Positions 31,555 through 41,196 of a DNA stretch of 64,000 nt are shown here, piece after piece. A program made the position numbers and the translations under genes. Position 1 is the first letter of the stretch. Each line of letters starts with the position of its first letter. Below the pieces are notes generated by a model. It did not search any database. It was not told the DNA's origin and saw nothing but the letters and a program-made list of their open reading frames with translations. Source of the DNA: Armatimonadota bacterium (GTDB lineage: Bacteria > Armatimonadota > SYMT01); NCBI GenBank assembly GCA_041690135.1, contig JAWLHY010000001.1, positions 1,504,001 through 1,568,000 on the forward strand, given 5' to 3'.

Positions 31555-32125
31555 CTGTCATCTCCTTCCGCACGTTGCCGTCCACCAGGCGGATCCGCAG
31601 CCGCTGGCGAGCCCGGTGCACCCGCCAGCGGGCCAGTGGGAGGCTGATCCCCAGGATCCCGGCGATTTCCGGATAGTCCAGTTCCTGGAACACCCGCAGC
31701 ACGAGCGCTTCCCGCAGGTCCGGCGGTAGTTCGCCGACGGCCTGCAACACCCGTTCCGTATCCCACTGCGCGAGAGCGATCTCGTCCGGACCGGGTGCGG
31801 CGTCCGCCACCTCATAGCCGGCTTCCAGGTCGTCACACGCGGGAGTTCGGTCCCGCATCCGTTTCCGCCACCGGTTGCGCGCAATTCCAAAGAGCCAGGC
31901 CTTCAGGTCCGGCACGCTTCCGGTATCGATCCGGCCGATCGATTCCCAGAACACCGTGAAGGTCTCCTGGGTCAGGTCGGCTGCGGTCTCACTCTCGCCG
32001 GTGAGCCACTGAAAGAACCGGTAGACCTGGTGGTAGTGGGCGTCGACGAAAGCGGCGCAGACGTCGCTTCGCCATGCCCGCAAGCCATCCAGTTCTCCTG
32101 TGGTGTCCACCGCGCGCTTCCCCAT
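31538..32125 (-). CDS. ECF sigma-70 factor
   Basis: AADLTQETF, AWLFGIARN, LPPDLREALVL..YPEIAGILG..RVHRAR. Confidence 0.92.
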   Translation of the reverse strand: MGKRAVDTTGELDGLRAWRSDVCAAFVDAHYHQVYRFFQWLTGESETAADLTQETFTVFWESIGRIDTGSVPDLKAWLFGIARNRWRKRMRDRTPACDDLEAGYEVADAAPGPDEIALAQWDTERVLQAVGELPPDLREALVLRVFQELDYPEIAGILGISLPLARWRVHRARQRLRIRLVDGNVRKEMTGAGRD

Positions 32126-32237
32126 GATCTTTCCCGTCCGCTGCGCGTCGTCAGCTTCGGGTATTCCATACCGGCGGGACTTCGCCTGTTAGAGGAATCT
32201 TTGACAGATGGCGGAGATCCACCGCAATGGAGAGCGT

Positions 32238-32651
32238 CTAGAGCACGCGCCGCGAACCCTTCTCCAGGGGCTTCACCCCGGGCGGCCAGTGGGTGCCATG
32301 GTCGAAGGTGGATCCATCCAGGAAGGCTCGATCCAGGTCGGCGCCCCGCATGTCGGCTCCGGCCAGGCCCGCCAGGCAGAGGTTCGCTCCGCGCATATCG
32401 GCGTTTCGGAGGTTGGAATCGTAAAGAGTGGCGGAGTGGAAATCTACCCCTGCCAGGTTGGCGCTTTCAAGATTGGCGCGGATCAGGATCGCACGCCGAA
32501 GGCTGGATCCGGAGAGGTCGGCGCCCCGGAGGTCGGCGCCCTGAAGGTCTGCTCCCGTGAGGTCCGTGCGAGAGAGGTCGGCCCCGGCCAGGGTTTCCCC
32601 CTCGACTTCCGCCAGCACTCTGCCGGTGCGCTTTTGCTTGATTTGAATCAT
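32238..32651 (-). CDS. Pentapeptide repeat protein
   Basis: MIQIKQKRTG cap, ADLxG repeats, FDHGTHWP end. Confidence 0.88.
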   Translation of the reverse strand: MIQIKQKRTGRVLAEVEGETLAGADLSRTDLTGADLQGADLRGADLSGSSLRRAILIRANLESANLAGVDFHSATLYDSNLRNADMRGANLCLAGLAGADMRGADLDRAFLDGSTFDHGTHWPPGVKPLEKGSRRVL

Positions 32652-32686
32652 TCCGTTCCGTTCGGCGTTGACGGCTGGGCGACCGC

Positions 32687-32911
32687 TCAGCCCTGGCCGG
32701 TGCCATAGGTTTTCTGGAAGTTGTCCATCGCCTGCTGGTACCGGGTCATCAACTCCGTCGCCCAGGGTTCGCCCTTGCCTTCGGCGTTCTGTGCCCGCCA
32801 CCAACCGGCCAGCAGGCACGTGTAACCTTCCGAGACCTTACCTTCGGCGGCGAGGTCCAGCGCCTTGGTGAAGGACGCAAAGTACGCGTTCAATTCACGA
32901 TCGGGAATCAT
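32687..32911 (-). CDS. Small hypothetical protein (paralog of 41568-41843)
   Basis: Shared motif PDxELNA..GYxCLxAG..RA..GEPW. Confidence 0.75.
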   Translation of the reverse strand: MIPDRELNAYFASFTKALDLAAEGKVSEGYTCLLAGWWRAQNAEGKGEPWATELMTRYQQAMDNFQKTYGTGQG

Positions 32912-33202
32912 AGGGTGGTACAGCGCGGGGGCCGGCGGGGTAGGACCCGTCGCCGGAAGCGCCCATCTCCATTCAGATATATACCTCACGCCTCGCACGT
33001 GGGGCCACGAATAGATACTGGATCAAGCCCTGCCGAACAAGAGGCTGAACACCCGTTCCAGTGTGGTACCGCGGGAGATGAGGGGGCGCATGAACGCGTC
33101 GGTGGCGCCGAAGTGCGTGCGGAACAGCCAGGCCGAATGGGGGCCGGGCGGCGCTCCCGCCGCTCGGCCGTGGTTCAGCCTGCCGAGGCAGGCTCCGTTC
33201 TC

Positions 33203-33325
33203 CTACAGCGCGGCGGCAGCCCGGGCGCCCAGTAACAACAGGGCGAGGACCAGGCCCGCGTAGAGGAGGAGCATCAACAGCGTGTGCTGCTGATGCACTT
33301 CGGGATGGGTGTTGTTCCGGAACAT
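33203..33325 (-). CDS. 40-aa small membrane protein
   Basis: AAGGAGGT RBS 5 nt before ATG; MFRNNTHPEVHQQHTLLMLLLYAGLVLALLLLGARAAAAL. Confidence 0.6.
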   Translation of the reverse strand: MFRNNTHPEVHQQHTLLMLLLYAGLVLALLLLGARAAAAL

Positions 33326-33498
33326 CACGCACCTCCTTGAGAGGCCGAACCGTCCCGCTACGGTCTCCCGTTCTCAGCTTACCCGGATTTCTCGGCGCAG
33401 AATGCAGTGGGTGGACCGGAACGAACTGAGACTCCTACCCCTTCTTCCCGTCATCATCCCTGTCTTCATCCATTCCTGATCTTTATCTTCCCCACCGT

Positions 33499-34806
33499 CT
33501 ACACGCGGGGCAGTTCCCAGGGTTTGCGGTATTCCGGTCGGGTGCGCAAGGCATTCGCTTCCTGGTCGTCGAAGGTTTCGGTCTTGGAATCCAGCCTCAG
33601 CTTCTTGCCCACCCGCCAGGCCACGTTGCCGGCGTGGCAGAGGACGGAGCTCACGTGTCCAACCGTTTCCAGGTCGGCGTTCGGCTTCTTCCGGGACTTC
33701 ACGCAGTCGATAAAGTTCTGAATGTGTTGGGTAGTGGTGTCGCCCCCGGAGCCTTCCGCCAGGAGCTTCTCCCCGGGTCCGTAGGCCCGCCAGCGACTGT
33801 TGCCGATAACGATATAGCCCTGGTCCCCGAACACCGCCGCGCCTTCGCTCTCCCCCAGGTAGCCCGTAGGCGACCAGACGCGCATCTCGTAGGTCAGGAG
33901 CTTGCCGGGATACTCGTACGTTACCTGAAGGGTATCGGGCCACTCCTGCATGTCGTCGAAGTAGAACTTGCCGCCGGAGGCGGAGACGGCATGGGGCAGG
34001 CCCAGCGGAGGTTCGCCACAAGCCTCGGCCGCCGTGCTGAGTGCCCAGCGCGCCACGTCGAGTCGATGGACCCCGTCGTTCCCCAGGTCTCCGGTGCCGT
34101 AATCGAAGAACCACCGCCAGTGCCCATGGAAGCGACGTGGGTTGAATGGGCGCCTCGGGGCAGGCCCCAGCCACATGTCGTAATCCACGCCCGCGGGTGG
34201 CTCACCATCGGGTGGGCGGCCGATCGATCCTTGCTTCGCGCTTTCCCACGCCTTGGCGAAGCGGCAGCGGCCGAGTTTTCCGCTGCGGATGAACTCCATG
34301 GCGGACGCACACCGTTCGCTGGTGCGGGCCTGCGTGCCGAGTTGCACGATGCGACCGTGCCGGCGCATGGCGGCCACCATGCGTTGCCCTTCCAGGATGT
34401 TGTGACCGTCCGGCTTCTCCACGTAGACGTCCTTACCCGCCTGGCACGCCAGGATGGTGGGAATGGCGTGCCAGTGGTCCGGTGTTCCCACCACGATGGC
34501 GTCGAGGGTGCGCTCGTCGAGCATCCGGCGGAAATCGGAAACGGTCCCCGGGCGTTTCCCCTGGAGACCGGCCACCGCCTCCACCGCCGAGGGGAGCCGG
34601 TTGGCGTCGAGGTCGCAGAGAGTAACGACCTCCACTTCCTTCAGGGCCGCGAACGCACGCATGATGCTGCCGGCCCGGCCCCCTACTCCCACGCAGCCCA
34701 CGCGGACGCGTTCGCTGGCGGCGGCCTTGCCCGCCGGGACTCCGATGAGGGATGCTGCCCCCGCGGCGGTGGTTTTGAGTAGGACCCGGCGATCCATCGT
34801 GCTCAT
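33499..34806 (-). CDS. Tat-exported Gfo/Idh/MocA oxidoreductase
   Basis: DRRVLLK twin-Arg, GVGGRA, TPDHWH, YVEKP, WRWFFDYGTG..GVH. Confidence 0.92.
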   Translation of the reverse strand: MSTMDRRVLLKTTAAGAASLIGVPAGKAAASERVRVGCVGVGGRAGSIMRAFAALKEVEVVTLCDLDANRLPSAVEAVAGLQGKRPGTVSDFRRMLDERTLDAIVVGTPDHWHAIPTILACQAGKDVYVEKPDGHNILEGQRMVAAMRRHGRIVQLGTQARTSERCASAMEFIRSGKLGRCRFAKAWESAKQGSIGRPPDGEPPAGVDYDMWLGPAPRRPFNPRRFHGHWRWFFDYGTGDLGNDGVHRLDVARWALSTAAEACGEPPLGLPHAVSASGGKFYFDDMQEWPDTLQVTYEYPGKLLTYEMRVWSPTGYLGESEGAAVFGDQGYIVIGNSRWRAYGPGEKLLAEGSGGDTTTQHIQNFIDCVKSRKKPNADLETVGHVSSVLCHAGNVAWRVGKKLRLDSKTETFDDQEANALRTRPEYRKPWELPRV

Positions 34807-34821
34807 TGTAGTGCTCCCCGA

Positions 34822-34848
34822 GTTTAGCAGGTGTGGAAAGGAGGGTAA
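34822..34848 (+). promoter_or_regulatory. Putative SigB-type promoter upstream of the SigB-like gene
   Basis: GTTTAG-N15-GGGTAA about 140 nt before the start. Confidence 0.5.
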
Positions 34849-34989
34849 TGGTCTCCCAGACGGGCAGGTAAGCCCTTCCGGAGCATCCGCTTTCCGCTCC
34901 GGTGCGCCGCCGATCCTGTCCCCATAAGTCCCGCGAATCCCGCCCCTGGGCACTGGCCGGCCGCCACGGCGCATGATGGAGTTCACGAA

Positions 34990-35757
34990 GTGCTGACGAA
35001 CGCCCTGCGACCTTTATCCACGGAAGAACTGGTTGACCATTACGCGGTTACCCGCGATGAACGAGCCCGCGAGTTGATCATTGAGCGGCATGAGTCGCTG
35101 GTCCGCTCGCTGGGGCACAAGTTTGCGCGGCCTGGGGTGGCCGTGGAAGACCTGATGCAGTGCGCCTGGATTGCGCTGCTGGGCGCCCTGGACCGTTACG
35201 ACGCCGGCAAGGACACCAAGTTCAGCACCTACGCGGTACATTGCATGGTTGGGGAGATCAAGCGTTACTTCCGCGACCGCACCTGGAGCATCAAAGCTCC
35301 GCGCCACCTCCAGGAGATCGCCGCTAACCTGGGTCGCATCCAGGACCGTCTCTACACCCAACTCCAGCGCGAGCCCACCATCGGCGAGATGGCCGAGGCC
35401 TTCAAAGTTTCCGAGGAAGAGTTGTTGGAAGCGATGGAGCTTGGAAGAGCCTACCAGCCGATGGGCTTCCACGAGCGACAGGAATCGGGAGACGGGCAGA
35501 ACGCGATGCCGCTCAGCGAAACGTTGGGCAAGGAAGACGGAGACATCGAGGCACTGGTTGAGCACTCCCCGCTCGATGCCGCGATGGCCACCCTGGATGA
35601 CCGCCGCCAGCGGATCCTGCGACTTCGCTTCTTCCAGGGCTGGAGCCAACAGGAAGTGGCCGACGCGCTGCAGCTCTCCCAGATGCACGTCAGTCGCCTG
35701 GAGCGAAGTGCGCTGCGCCACTTGAAGATGGTCATGTCTGCGTCGAGCCGCGGCTGA
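34990..35757 (+). CDS. SigB/SigF/SigG-family sigma factor
   Basis: EDLMQ, FSTYA..GEIKRYFRD..WS, SQMHVSRL. Confidence 0.92.
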   Translation: MLTNALRPLSTEELVDHYAVTRDERARELIIERHESLVRSLGHKFARPGVAVEDLMQCAWIALLGALDRYDAGKDTKFSTYAVHCMVGEIKRYFRDRTWSIKAPRHLQEIAANLGRIQDRLYTQLQREPTIGEMAEAFKVSEEELLEAMELGRAYQPMGFHERQESGDGQNAMPLSETLGKEDGDIEALVEHSPLDAAMATLDDRRQRILRLRFFQGWSQQEVADALQLSQMHVSRLERSALRHLKMVMSASSRG

Positions 35758-35867
35758 GGACGCCGGGTGTTGCCATTTTTTAGCGAGCTGTGACGCGCGT
35801 CACATCAGCACGTGGGTGCGCCTTCCCCAGCGGTCTACACTACAAATGTAAACCCTTATGCGTGGTG

Positions 35868-35901
35868 GGTCGGACGGTCATTGGCCGCCCGACCTTTTTT
35901 T
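35868..35901 (+). terminator. Intrinsic terminator
   Basis: ggtcggacggtca / tggccgcccgacc stem followed by T7. Confidence 0.75.
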
Positions 35902-36007
35902 GTCCGGCAACCCATCCGAAGGTGGGAAGCGTTACTACGTATGGCCGAGCAGGCAACCCCGATGAATGGTGGATGACAACGGACCGTAGAGCATCCACCA
36001 TGAAGCT

Positions 36008-36382
36008 ATGCGGCTCCTCATCGTGGAAGACCAGTCGGATCTTGCGGACACCCTGGAAGAGGTGCTCGACGCGTTTGGCCATAACGCCCGGACCGTCTAC
36101 TCCGGCTCGGCGGCCTTACTTGTCGCCTCCGATTTCCTGCCCGACATCATCATCTGCGACCTGGCCATGCCGGGATTAGACGGCTTGACGCTTTGTCGCG
36201 CGCTGCGGTCGCGCCCGGAACTCGCCCGGACGCAATTTATCGCCTGGAGCGGGTATGTCGACCCCGACCTGGAAGAGGAAGCGCTGGAGTCAGGCTTCGA
36301 CGAGGTCCTCCACAAGCCCGTGAGCGTGGAGTGTTGGGAGCGTTTGCTTGGCTCCGCGTGTCGCCTTCCCCTGGGCGCTTAG
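36008..36382 (+). CDS. Single-domain response regulator
   Basis: LIVEDQ, CDLAMP, WSG, HKPV. Confidence 0.88.
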   Translation: MRLLIVEDQSDLADTLEEVLDAFGHNARTVYSGSAALLVASDFLPDIIICDLAMPGLDGLTLCRALRSRPELARTQFIAWSGYVDPDLEEEALESGFDEVLHKPVSVECWERLLGSACRLPLGA

Positions 36383-36508
36383 TGGGACCTTTACCCCGCA
36401 ATTCATGAGGCACTGGGCATAGCGCCGCCCTCGACCAGGATTATGCCCCCGCACCTGGAATGCACCCCGGTAGGGTCCGTTGCGTTTACCCGTTGGGCTT
36501 GACGGACT

Positions 36509-36931
36509 TCAGTCGTTTTCTCCGGTCACTACCAGTGCGCTCCAGCCGGCCTCCGCGCGCCCTGCCCGCGTCCGTCGCACCACGAGTTGGACGGTCTGCT
36601 CGTGCGCAAAGACTTCAAATGTCTCGCCCGCCGCATCCACACACTCCAGTACGACCAGGTCCGGCGGCCGGGCACTGATGCGGTTCACCTGCACGCGCTC
36701 GCCGGAGGCCAGCCAGACCAGTACGGAAAGGCTTTCCCCCTCTTCCAGGTCCTCCTGCGCTTCCTCGAGCCGCCGGCGGATCGCGCCCACAAAGCTGTTC
36801 GCCTCGCCGGAGACTAGGGCCGGGGAGCCATGCGCTCCGGAACGCTTCCGTCGTTCGGCGGGCTGGGTGAGAATTCGCTGCACCAGCTCGACTTCATCGA
36901 GCGGCTCACGCTGCTGGCTCTCGTCACGCAC
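36509..36931 (-). CDS. Hypothetical protein
   Basis: AAAGGA RBS plus GTG; plausible alpha/beta composition. Confidence 0.65.
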   Translation of the reverse strand: MRDESQQREPLDEVELVQRILTQPAERRKRSGAHGSPALVSGEANSFVGAIRRRLEEAQEDLEEGESLSVLVWLASGERVQVNRISARPPDLVVLECVDAAGETFEVFAHEQTVQLVVRRTRAGRAEAGWSALVVTGEND

Positions 36932-37034
36932 GGATCGGGTCCTTTCGGGGAGAATAATCGGGGGTCGAAGGTTTGGTTACCTTGTATCAGATCCATCCGG
37001 CTTCGGGTAGAAACCGCGGAAAGGAGCCACGCAG

Positions 37035-37163
37035 ATGGGTACGATACTGGAGCCGGGGCTGTTCACGTTTTTGGTCTGGGGGGCGCTGGCGTTGCTGGTA
37101 CTGATCTTCGGCGCGATCCCGCTGGGCCGGATGCTCAAGTCGCGGCGAAAAGGGGGGCAATAG
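37035..37163 (+). CDS. 42-aa small membrane protein
   Basis: AAGGAG RBS; MGTILEPGLFTFLVWGALALLVLIFGAIPLGRMLKSRRKGGQ (TM helix plus basic tail). Confidence 0.65.
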   Translation: MGTILEPGLFTFLVWGALALLVLIFGAIPLGRMLKSRRKGGQ

Positions 37164-37172
37164 CGAGCCGTC

Positions 37173-38273
37173 CTACCGGTAGATCTCGATGGCCGTAGAC
37201 TTGATCGCGACTCGTACGCGTACGCCCTCGCGGATGCCGAGGGCTGCGGCGGCGGACGGGACGATATCGGCCATCAGCGGAAAGCCGGCATCCAGGAACA
37301 CCCGCAGGCGGTCGGGCAGGGGCACAATCTCCGTGACCCGCGCAGCGAACTGGTTGCGCGGGGAGAGCGTGGAATCTTCCCCGCCCCCCTCCCGCATCAA
37401 CGTGACCTCCTGGGGGCCGAAGCTAAGGAAGACGGGGCCGGTCGGTAGCGGCTCGGTCCCGTCCCCTCCGGAACCGCCCGCCACGTGGAACACCAGCGGC
37501 CCGACCCGCACTTCCCGCAGATCACTCGCGGTTCCGCCTGCCTGCAGTTCGCCCTCCAGCACGTTGTGGCCGGTGAGCGCGGCGAGGAATGGCGTGCGCG
37601 GCCGCCGCAGGACTTCCTCCCGCGTGCCGATCTGGCTTAGCTTCCCCCCTTCGAGCACCGCGATGCGGTCCCCCAGCGTCAATGCGTCGAGGTAGTCGTG
37701 GCTCACCACCACCGCCGTGCGCCCCGCCCGCTGCAGAAAGTTTCGGAGTTCGGTACGGACGGTGCGCCGGGTCGCCGCATCCAGGGAGCCAAACGGTTCA
37801 TCCAGCAAGAGCAGATCGGACTCCGTCACTGCCGCGCGTGCGAGGGCCACTCGCTGCCTTTGCCCACCCGAAAGTGCCGAGGGCTTCCGCTGGGAAAGGT
37901 CGGTGATCCCCAATGCCGCCAACCACTCTCCGGCCCGGCGTCGGTCCTCCGGTCGCCCTCTCGTCCCGTATAGCAGGTTTTGCTCCACGGTCAGGTGTGG
38001 GAAGAGCGCGTAATCTTGAAACACCAGCCCCACGCGGCGGCTCCAGGGCGGCAGGTCGTATCCCTTGTGCGTGTCGAGGACTGTCCGGCCTGCGATCTCG
38101 ATCCGGCCGCGGTGCGGTCGCGCCAGTCCCGCCACGGCGCGCAGGCAGGTAGTCTTCCCGCTCCCACTCGGCCCCACCAGGACCAGGACCTCTCCGGCTG
38201 CCACGGTCAGCTCCGCGCGTAGGGTGAATGCTCCCTGCCGGATCTCCAGGTCCAGAGATAGGCCAGCCGTCAT
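37173..38273 (-). CDS. modC: Molybdate ABC transporter ATP-binding protein with TOBE domain
   Basis: GPSGSGKT, LSGGQ, LLLDEP, SPRN; ATG overlaps the modB stop. Confidence 0.9.
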   Translation of the reverse strand: MTAGLSLDLEIRQGAFTLRAELTVAAGEVLVLVGPSGSGKTTCLRAVAGLARPHRGRIEIAGRTVLDTHKGYDLPPWSRRVGLVFQDYALFPHLTVEQNLLYGTRGRPEDRRRAGEWLAALGITDLSQRKPSALSGGQRQRVALARAAVTESDLLLLDEPFGSLDAATRRTVRTELRNFLQRAGRTAVVVSHDYLDALTLGDRIAVLEGGKLSQIGTREEVLRRPRTPFLAALTGHNVLEGELQAGGTASDLREVRVGPLVFHVAGGSGGDGTEPLPTGPVFLSFGPQEVTLMREGGGEDSTLSPRNQFAARVTEIVPLPDRLRVFLDAGFPLMADIVPSAAAALGIREGVRVRVAIKSTAIEIYR

Positions 38274-39115
38274 CCTGCCCACCTCCGGACCACGAGCCGC
38301 ACCCCGGCCAGTGCCCCGAATGCCAGGATGAGAGACAGCAGGGAGATGGAGATGGCCAGTTGGAGGTCCGTCTCCATGGCGCTCATTACCGCCAGCGGCA
38401 GCGTTTGGGTGACTCCCGGCAGGTTGCCCGCGAACATCATCGTTGCACCGAACTCGCTTAGCGCCCGAGCCCAGGCCAGCACGACTCCAGCCATAAGAGC
38501 GGGCGCGGCCAGGGGCACGGAAATGCTCCAGAACACGCCCCAGCGGTTGCGGCCCAGGGTCATCGCCGCATGCTCCAGTGAGAGGGGCACCGCTTCGAAC
38601 CCGGCCCGGGCAGCGCGCACGAAAAAGGGCGCCGCCATGAAGGTTTGCGCCAGGACCACCGCGGTGGTGGAGAAGGCCACACGGAAGCCGACCGCTTCCA
38701 GGGTGCGGCCCAGGAGACCCATCCGGCCGAAGGTGAGCAGTAGGGCCACTCCGGCCACCACCGGGGGAATCGTCATCGGCAGGTCGATGAGCGTGTCCAG
38801 CAGTTCCTTCCCGCGGAACTGGTGCCGGGCCAGCAGGTAAGCGACCGGCAGTCCCAGCACCACGCTCGCCGCAGTCGCCGTGAGGCTCGTCACCACACTG
38901 AGCCGGAGTGCCATCCGCACCACCGGGTCCTGTAGACGCAGCCAGGGTTGGGCGGGAAAGGCGTTCATCAACAGCGCCAGTACCGGAGCTCCCAACAAGA
39001 GAAGGAACAGGAGCGACAGCCCCATGAGGCCCCACCGCCCTTCCGTCCGCTCCTCCGGGGAGGTCGGAACGGCACTAACGGGTGTGACGACCGGGTTCGG
39101 CGGCTGCAACCTCAT
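38270..39115 (-). CDS. modB: Molybdate ABC transporter permease
   Basis: DLPMTIPPVVAG, WARALSEFGATMMFAGNLPG. Confidence 0.92.
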   Translation of the reverse strand: MRLQPPNPVVTPVSAVPTSPEERTEGRWGLMGLSLLFLLLLGAPVLALLMNAFPAQPWLRLQDPVVRMALRLSVVTSLTATAASVVLGLPVAYLLARHQFRGKELLDTLIDLPMTIPPVVAGVALLLTFGRMGLLGRTLEAVGFRVAFSTTAVVLAQTFMAAPFFVRAARAGFEAVPLSLEHAAMTLGRNRWGVFWSISVPLAAPALMAGVVLAWARALSEFGATMMFAGNLPGVTQTLPLAVMSAMETDLQLAISISLLSLILAFGALAGVRLVVRRWAG

Positions 39116-39966
39116 CAGCGGAATCCATGCTGCTTCAGCACCGCGTGACCTTCCGGCGAGCGGACCAAACGAATGAACGCCTCCGCCCCTGGCCCGTGCG
39201 GACTGGTGGCCACCACGGCGATGGGGTACTCGGCCAGGACGTTCGCCCCCTCCGGAATGGGGAACACCTTCACCCCTGGCGCGGATTTAGCGTCCGATTC
39301 GTAAACCACGGCCGCGTCGGCCTCGCCCAACTCCACCTTGGCGAGCACCGCGCGCACGTTGGCTTCGCGAGAGGCCACATTCCGCTCGACCCGTTCCGCA
39401 AAATCGGAAGGATAGGCGGGGTGTCCGGACAGCTTTTCCAGCACCTGTTGGGTGTACTGTCCGATGGGAACGGCCGGGGCCGTCGTGACCACCCGCAGTC
39501 CCGGCCGAGCGAGGTCCTTTGGCGAAGTTACGTCTCCCGGGTTCGTCCCGGGGGTAACCAACACCAGGCGGTTCCGGGCGAAGGCGACCGGTGTTCGGAC
39601 CAACCCGACCTCGGCCAGGGGGCGCATTTGTGCGTGGTCCGCGGCGGCGAACACGTCGGCCGGCGCACCCTGCTCGATCTGCGTTCGTAGCGCCGAGGAA
39701 GCCCCGAAGTTGAACCGCACTGTCCATCCGGAGTTCTCCTGCTCGAAAGAAGCCTGGAGTGCCTGGAAAGCAGGGGTGAGAGAGGCCGCCGCGAATACCG
39801 TGAGCGCACGGGGTTGATCGGCCGGTTGGGTGTCAGCGCCTGGTGTCTTGCCGCCTCCGGCCGCGGTCCCCCTGCATCCGGACAAGGCGACGAGGGCGGA
39901 GATGACGACCGGCAGAAGGTAACCGCGCCGCACGCGACCGGCGGAAAGGATGCTCGCGGGAAACAC
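39115..39966 (-). CDS. modA: Molybdate-binding lipoprotein
   Basis: LSGC lipobox, VFAAASL, FGASS.L..QIEQGAPADVF, VPIG, VYESD. Confidence 0.93.
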   Translation of the reverse strand: MFPASILSAGRVRRGYLLPVVISALVALSGCRGTAAGGGKTPGADTQPADQPRALTVFAAASLTPAFQALQASFEQENSGWTVRFNFGASSALRTQIEQGAPADVFAAADHAQMRPLAEVGLVRTPVAFARNRLVLVTPGTNPGDVTSPKDLARPGLRVVTTAPAVPIGQYTQQVLEKLSGHPAYPSDFAERVERNVASREANVRAVLAKVELGEADAAVVYESDAKSAPGVKVFPIPEGANVLAEYPIAVVATSPHGPGAEAFIRLVRSPEGHAVLKQHGFR

Positions 39967-39969
39967 GGC

Positions 39970-41103
39970 TCAGTTCAACTCCGCGACGATCTCGCCCGTG
40001 CGTCGGAGATCATAGCCGCCGAGAACGCTGAGCTGCGAGCGGATCCAGCGGTGGTCCAGGGTGGATAGGAGTTGTCGGACGGGCCCGTACTCCAGATAGT
40101 CGGTGGCCACCGCCAGATCGTAGCGCACTTCGCGCAGCGGCATGAAATCCAATCCGTATGCGTGCGCCACCGCGGCGGTGGAAACCCCCACCTCCGCCCG
40201 GCCGGAGGCCACGGCCCGCGCCACCTCCCAGTGGCCCCGCACGACCTGACCGAAACCGGCCACCTGGTTCGCGGCGACTCCCGCTTCCCGTAGGACCTGC
40301 TCGAGCAACAACCGGGATCCGGCGCCTTCCTCGCGGTTGATGATTCTTACCCCCGGTCGCCCCAGATCCGCCGCGCTCCGGATCCGGAGGGGATTGCCCG
40401 GCGCCAGCAGCAGACCTTCGTCCCAGGTTCCCAGGTTCACCAGCGTGACCGCCCGGTCTCTCACGACCTGTCGCACGTAAGGCGTGTTGAACTCCGCTCC
40501 TTTCGCGCCACACAGGTGAAGGCCTGCCATGTGGACTTCTTGCCGCTCCAGCAGCCGCAGTGCTTCCATGCTGTTGGCGAAGGTCCAATGCACGCGTAGG
40601 CCGGGGTGCCAGCGTTCCGACGCCCGTGCCCACAGCGACATGGCGGGAGTGCACCCGGCCAGGACTACGGTTCGTGCCAGGTTTTCCGGCTCGTCGAGCA
40701 GCCTCACCTCGGCCGGGTCCTCTCTGCCCGCGGTCCGTGCGAGACCGTCGCAGGGGATCATCTCCGTGCGCACGGCATCCTCTCCGGCAAGAGGGTAGGC
40801 CAGCCAGCGACCGCCTACCTGTGCCACGGTCACGCGGGTGTCCCGCCCCAGGGGCAACTCGTTCACCGCCGTGGCGTGCAGCGTCGGCGCTTCTTCCTCC
40901 AACCAGAACAGGTCTTCCACCCGGCAGCCGAGGGCCTTTGCCAGCTTTAGAGCCACCGCCGCCGATGGGGCATACAAGCCCCCTTCGATTCCCCCGATGG
41001 TCTGCCGTGTGATGCCCGCCGCCTGCGCGACTTCCTGCTGGCTCAACCCCAGGCGCGTCCGTACGGCCTTGAGTTGGTTCCTGACTCCGCTCTCTTGCTT
41101 CAC
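39970..41103 (-). CDS. XRE-HTH regulator with PBP-like (molybdate-sensing) domain
   Basis: LSQQEVA..GITRQTI HTH; INREEGAGSRLL and YDL; heads the mod operon. Confidence 0.88.
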   Translation of the reverse strand: MKQESGVRNQLKAVRTRLGLSQQEVAQAAGITRQTIGGIEGGLYAPSAAVALKLAKALGCRVEDLFWLEEEAPTLHATAVNELPLGRDTRVTVAQVGGRWLAYPLAGEDAVRTEMIPCDGLARTAGREDPAEVRLLDEPENLARTVVLAGCTPAMSLWARASERWHPGLRVHWTFANSMEALRLLERQEVHMAGLHLCGAKGAEFNTPYVRQVVRDRAVTLVNLGTWDEGLLLAPGNPLRIRSAADLGRPGVRIINREEGAGSRLLLEQVLREAGVAANQVAGFGQVVRGHWEVARAVASGRAEVGVSTAAVAHAYGLDFMPLREVRYDLAVATDYLEYGPVRQLLSTLDHRWIRSQLSVLGGYDLRRTGEIVAELN

Positions 41104-41196
41104 GGCTCAGATTTCCCTGCCAAGCTGCTTGACTCGTATGGCAAGTATATCCTACTTCATGGGGGAAATACCTGCGTGCGCTTGGGGTCCACTCCG

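Noticed and set aside
38274-39035. 620-aa extended ModC suggested by the ORF track
   Set aside because: The extension overlaps modB in another frame; the ATG at 38273 is coupled to the modB stop.
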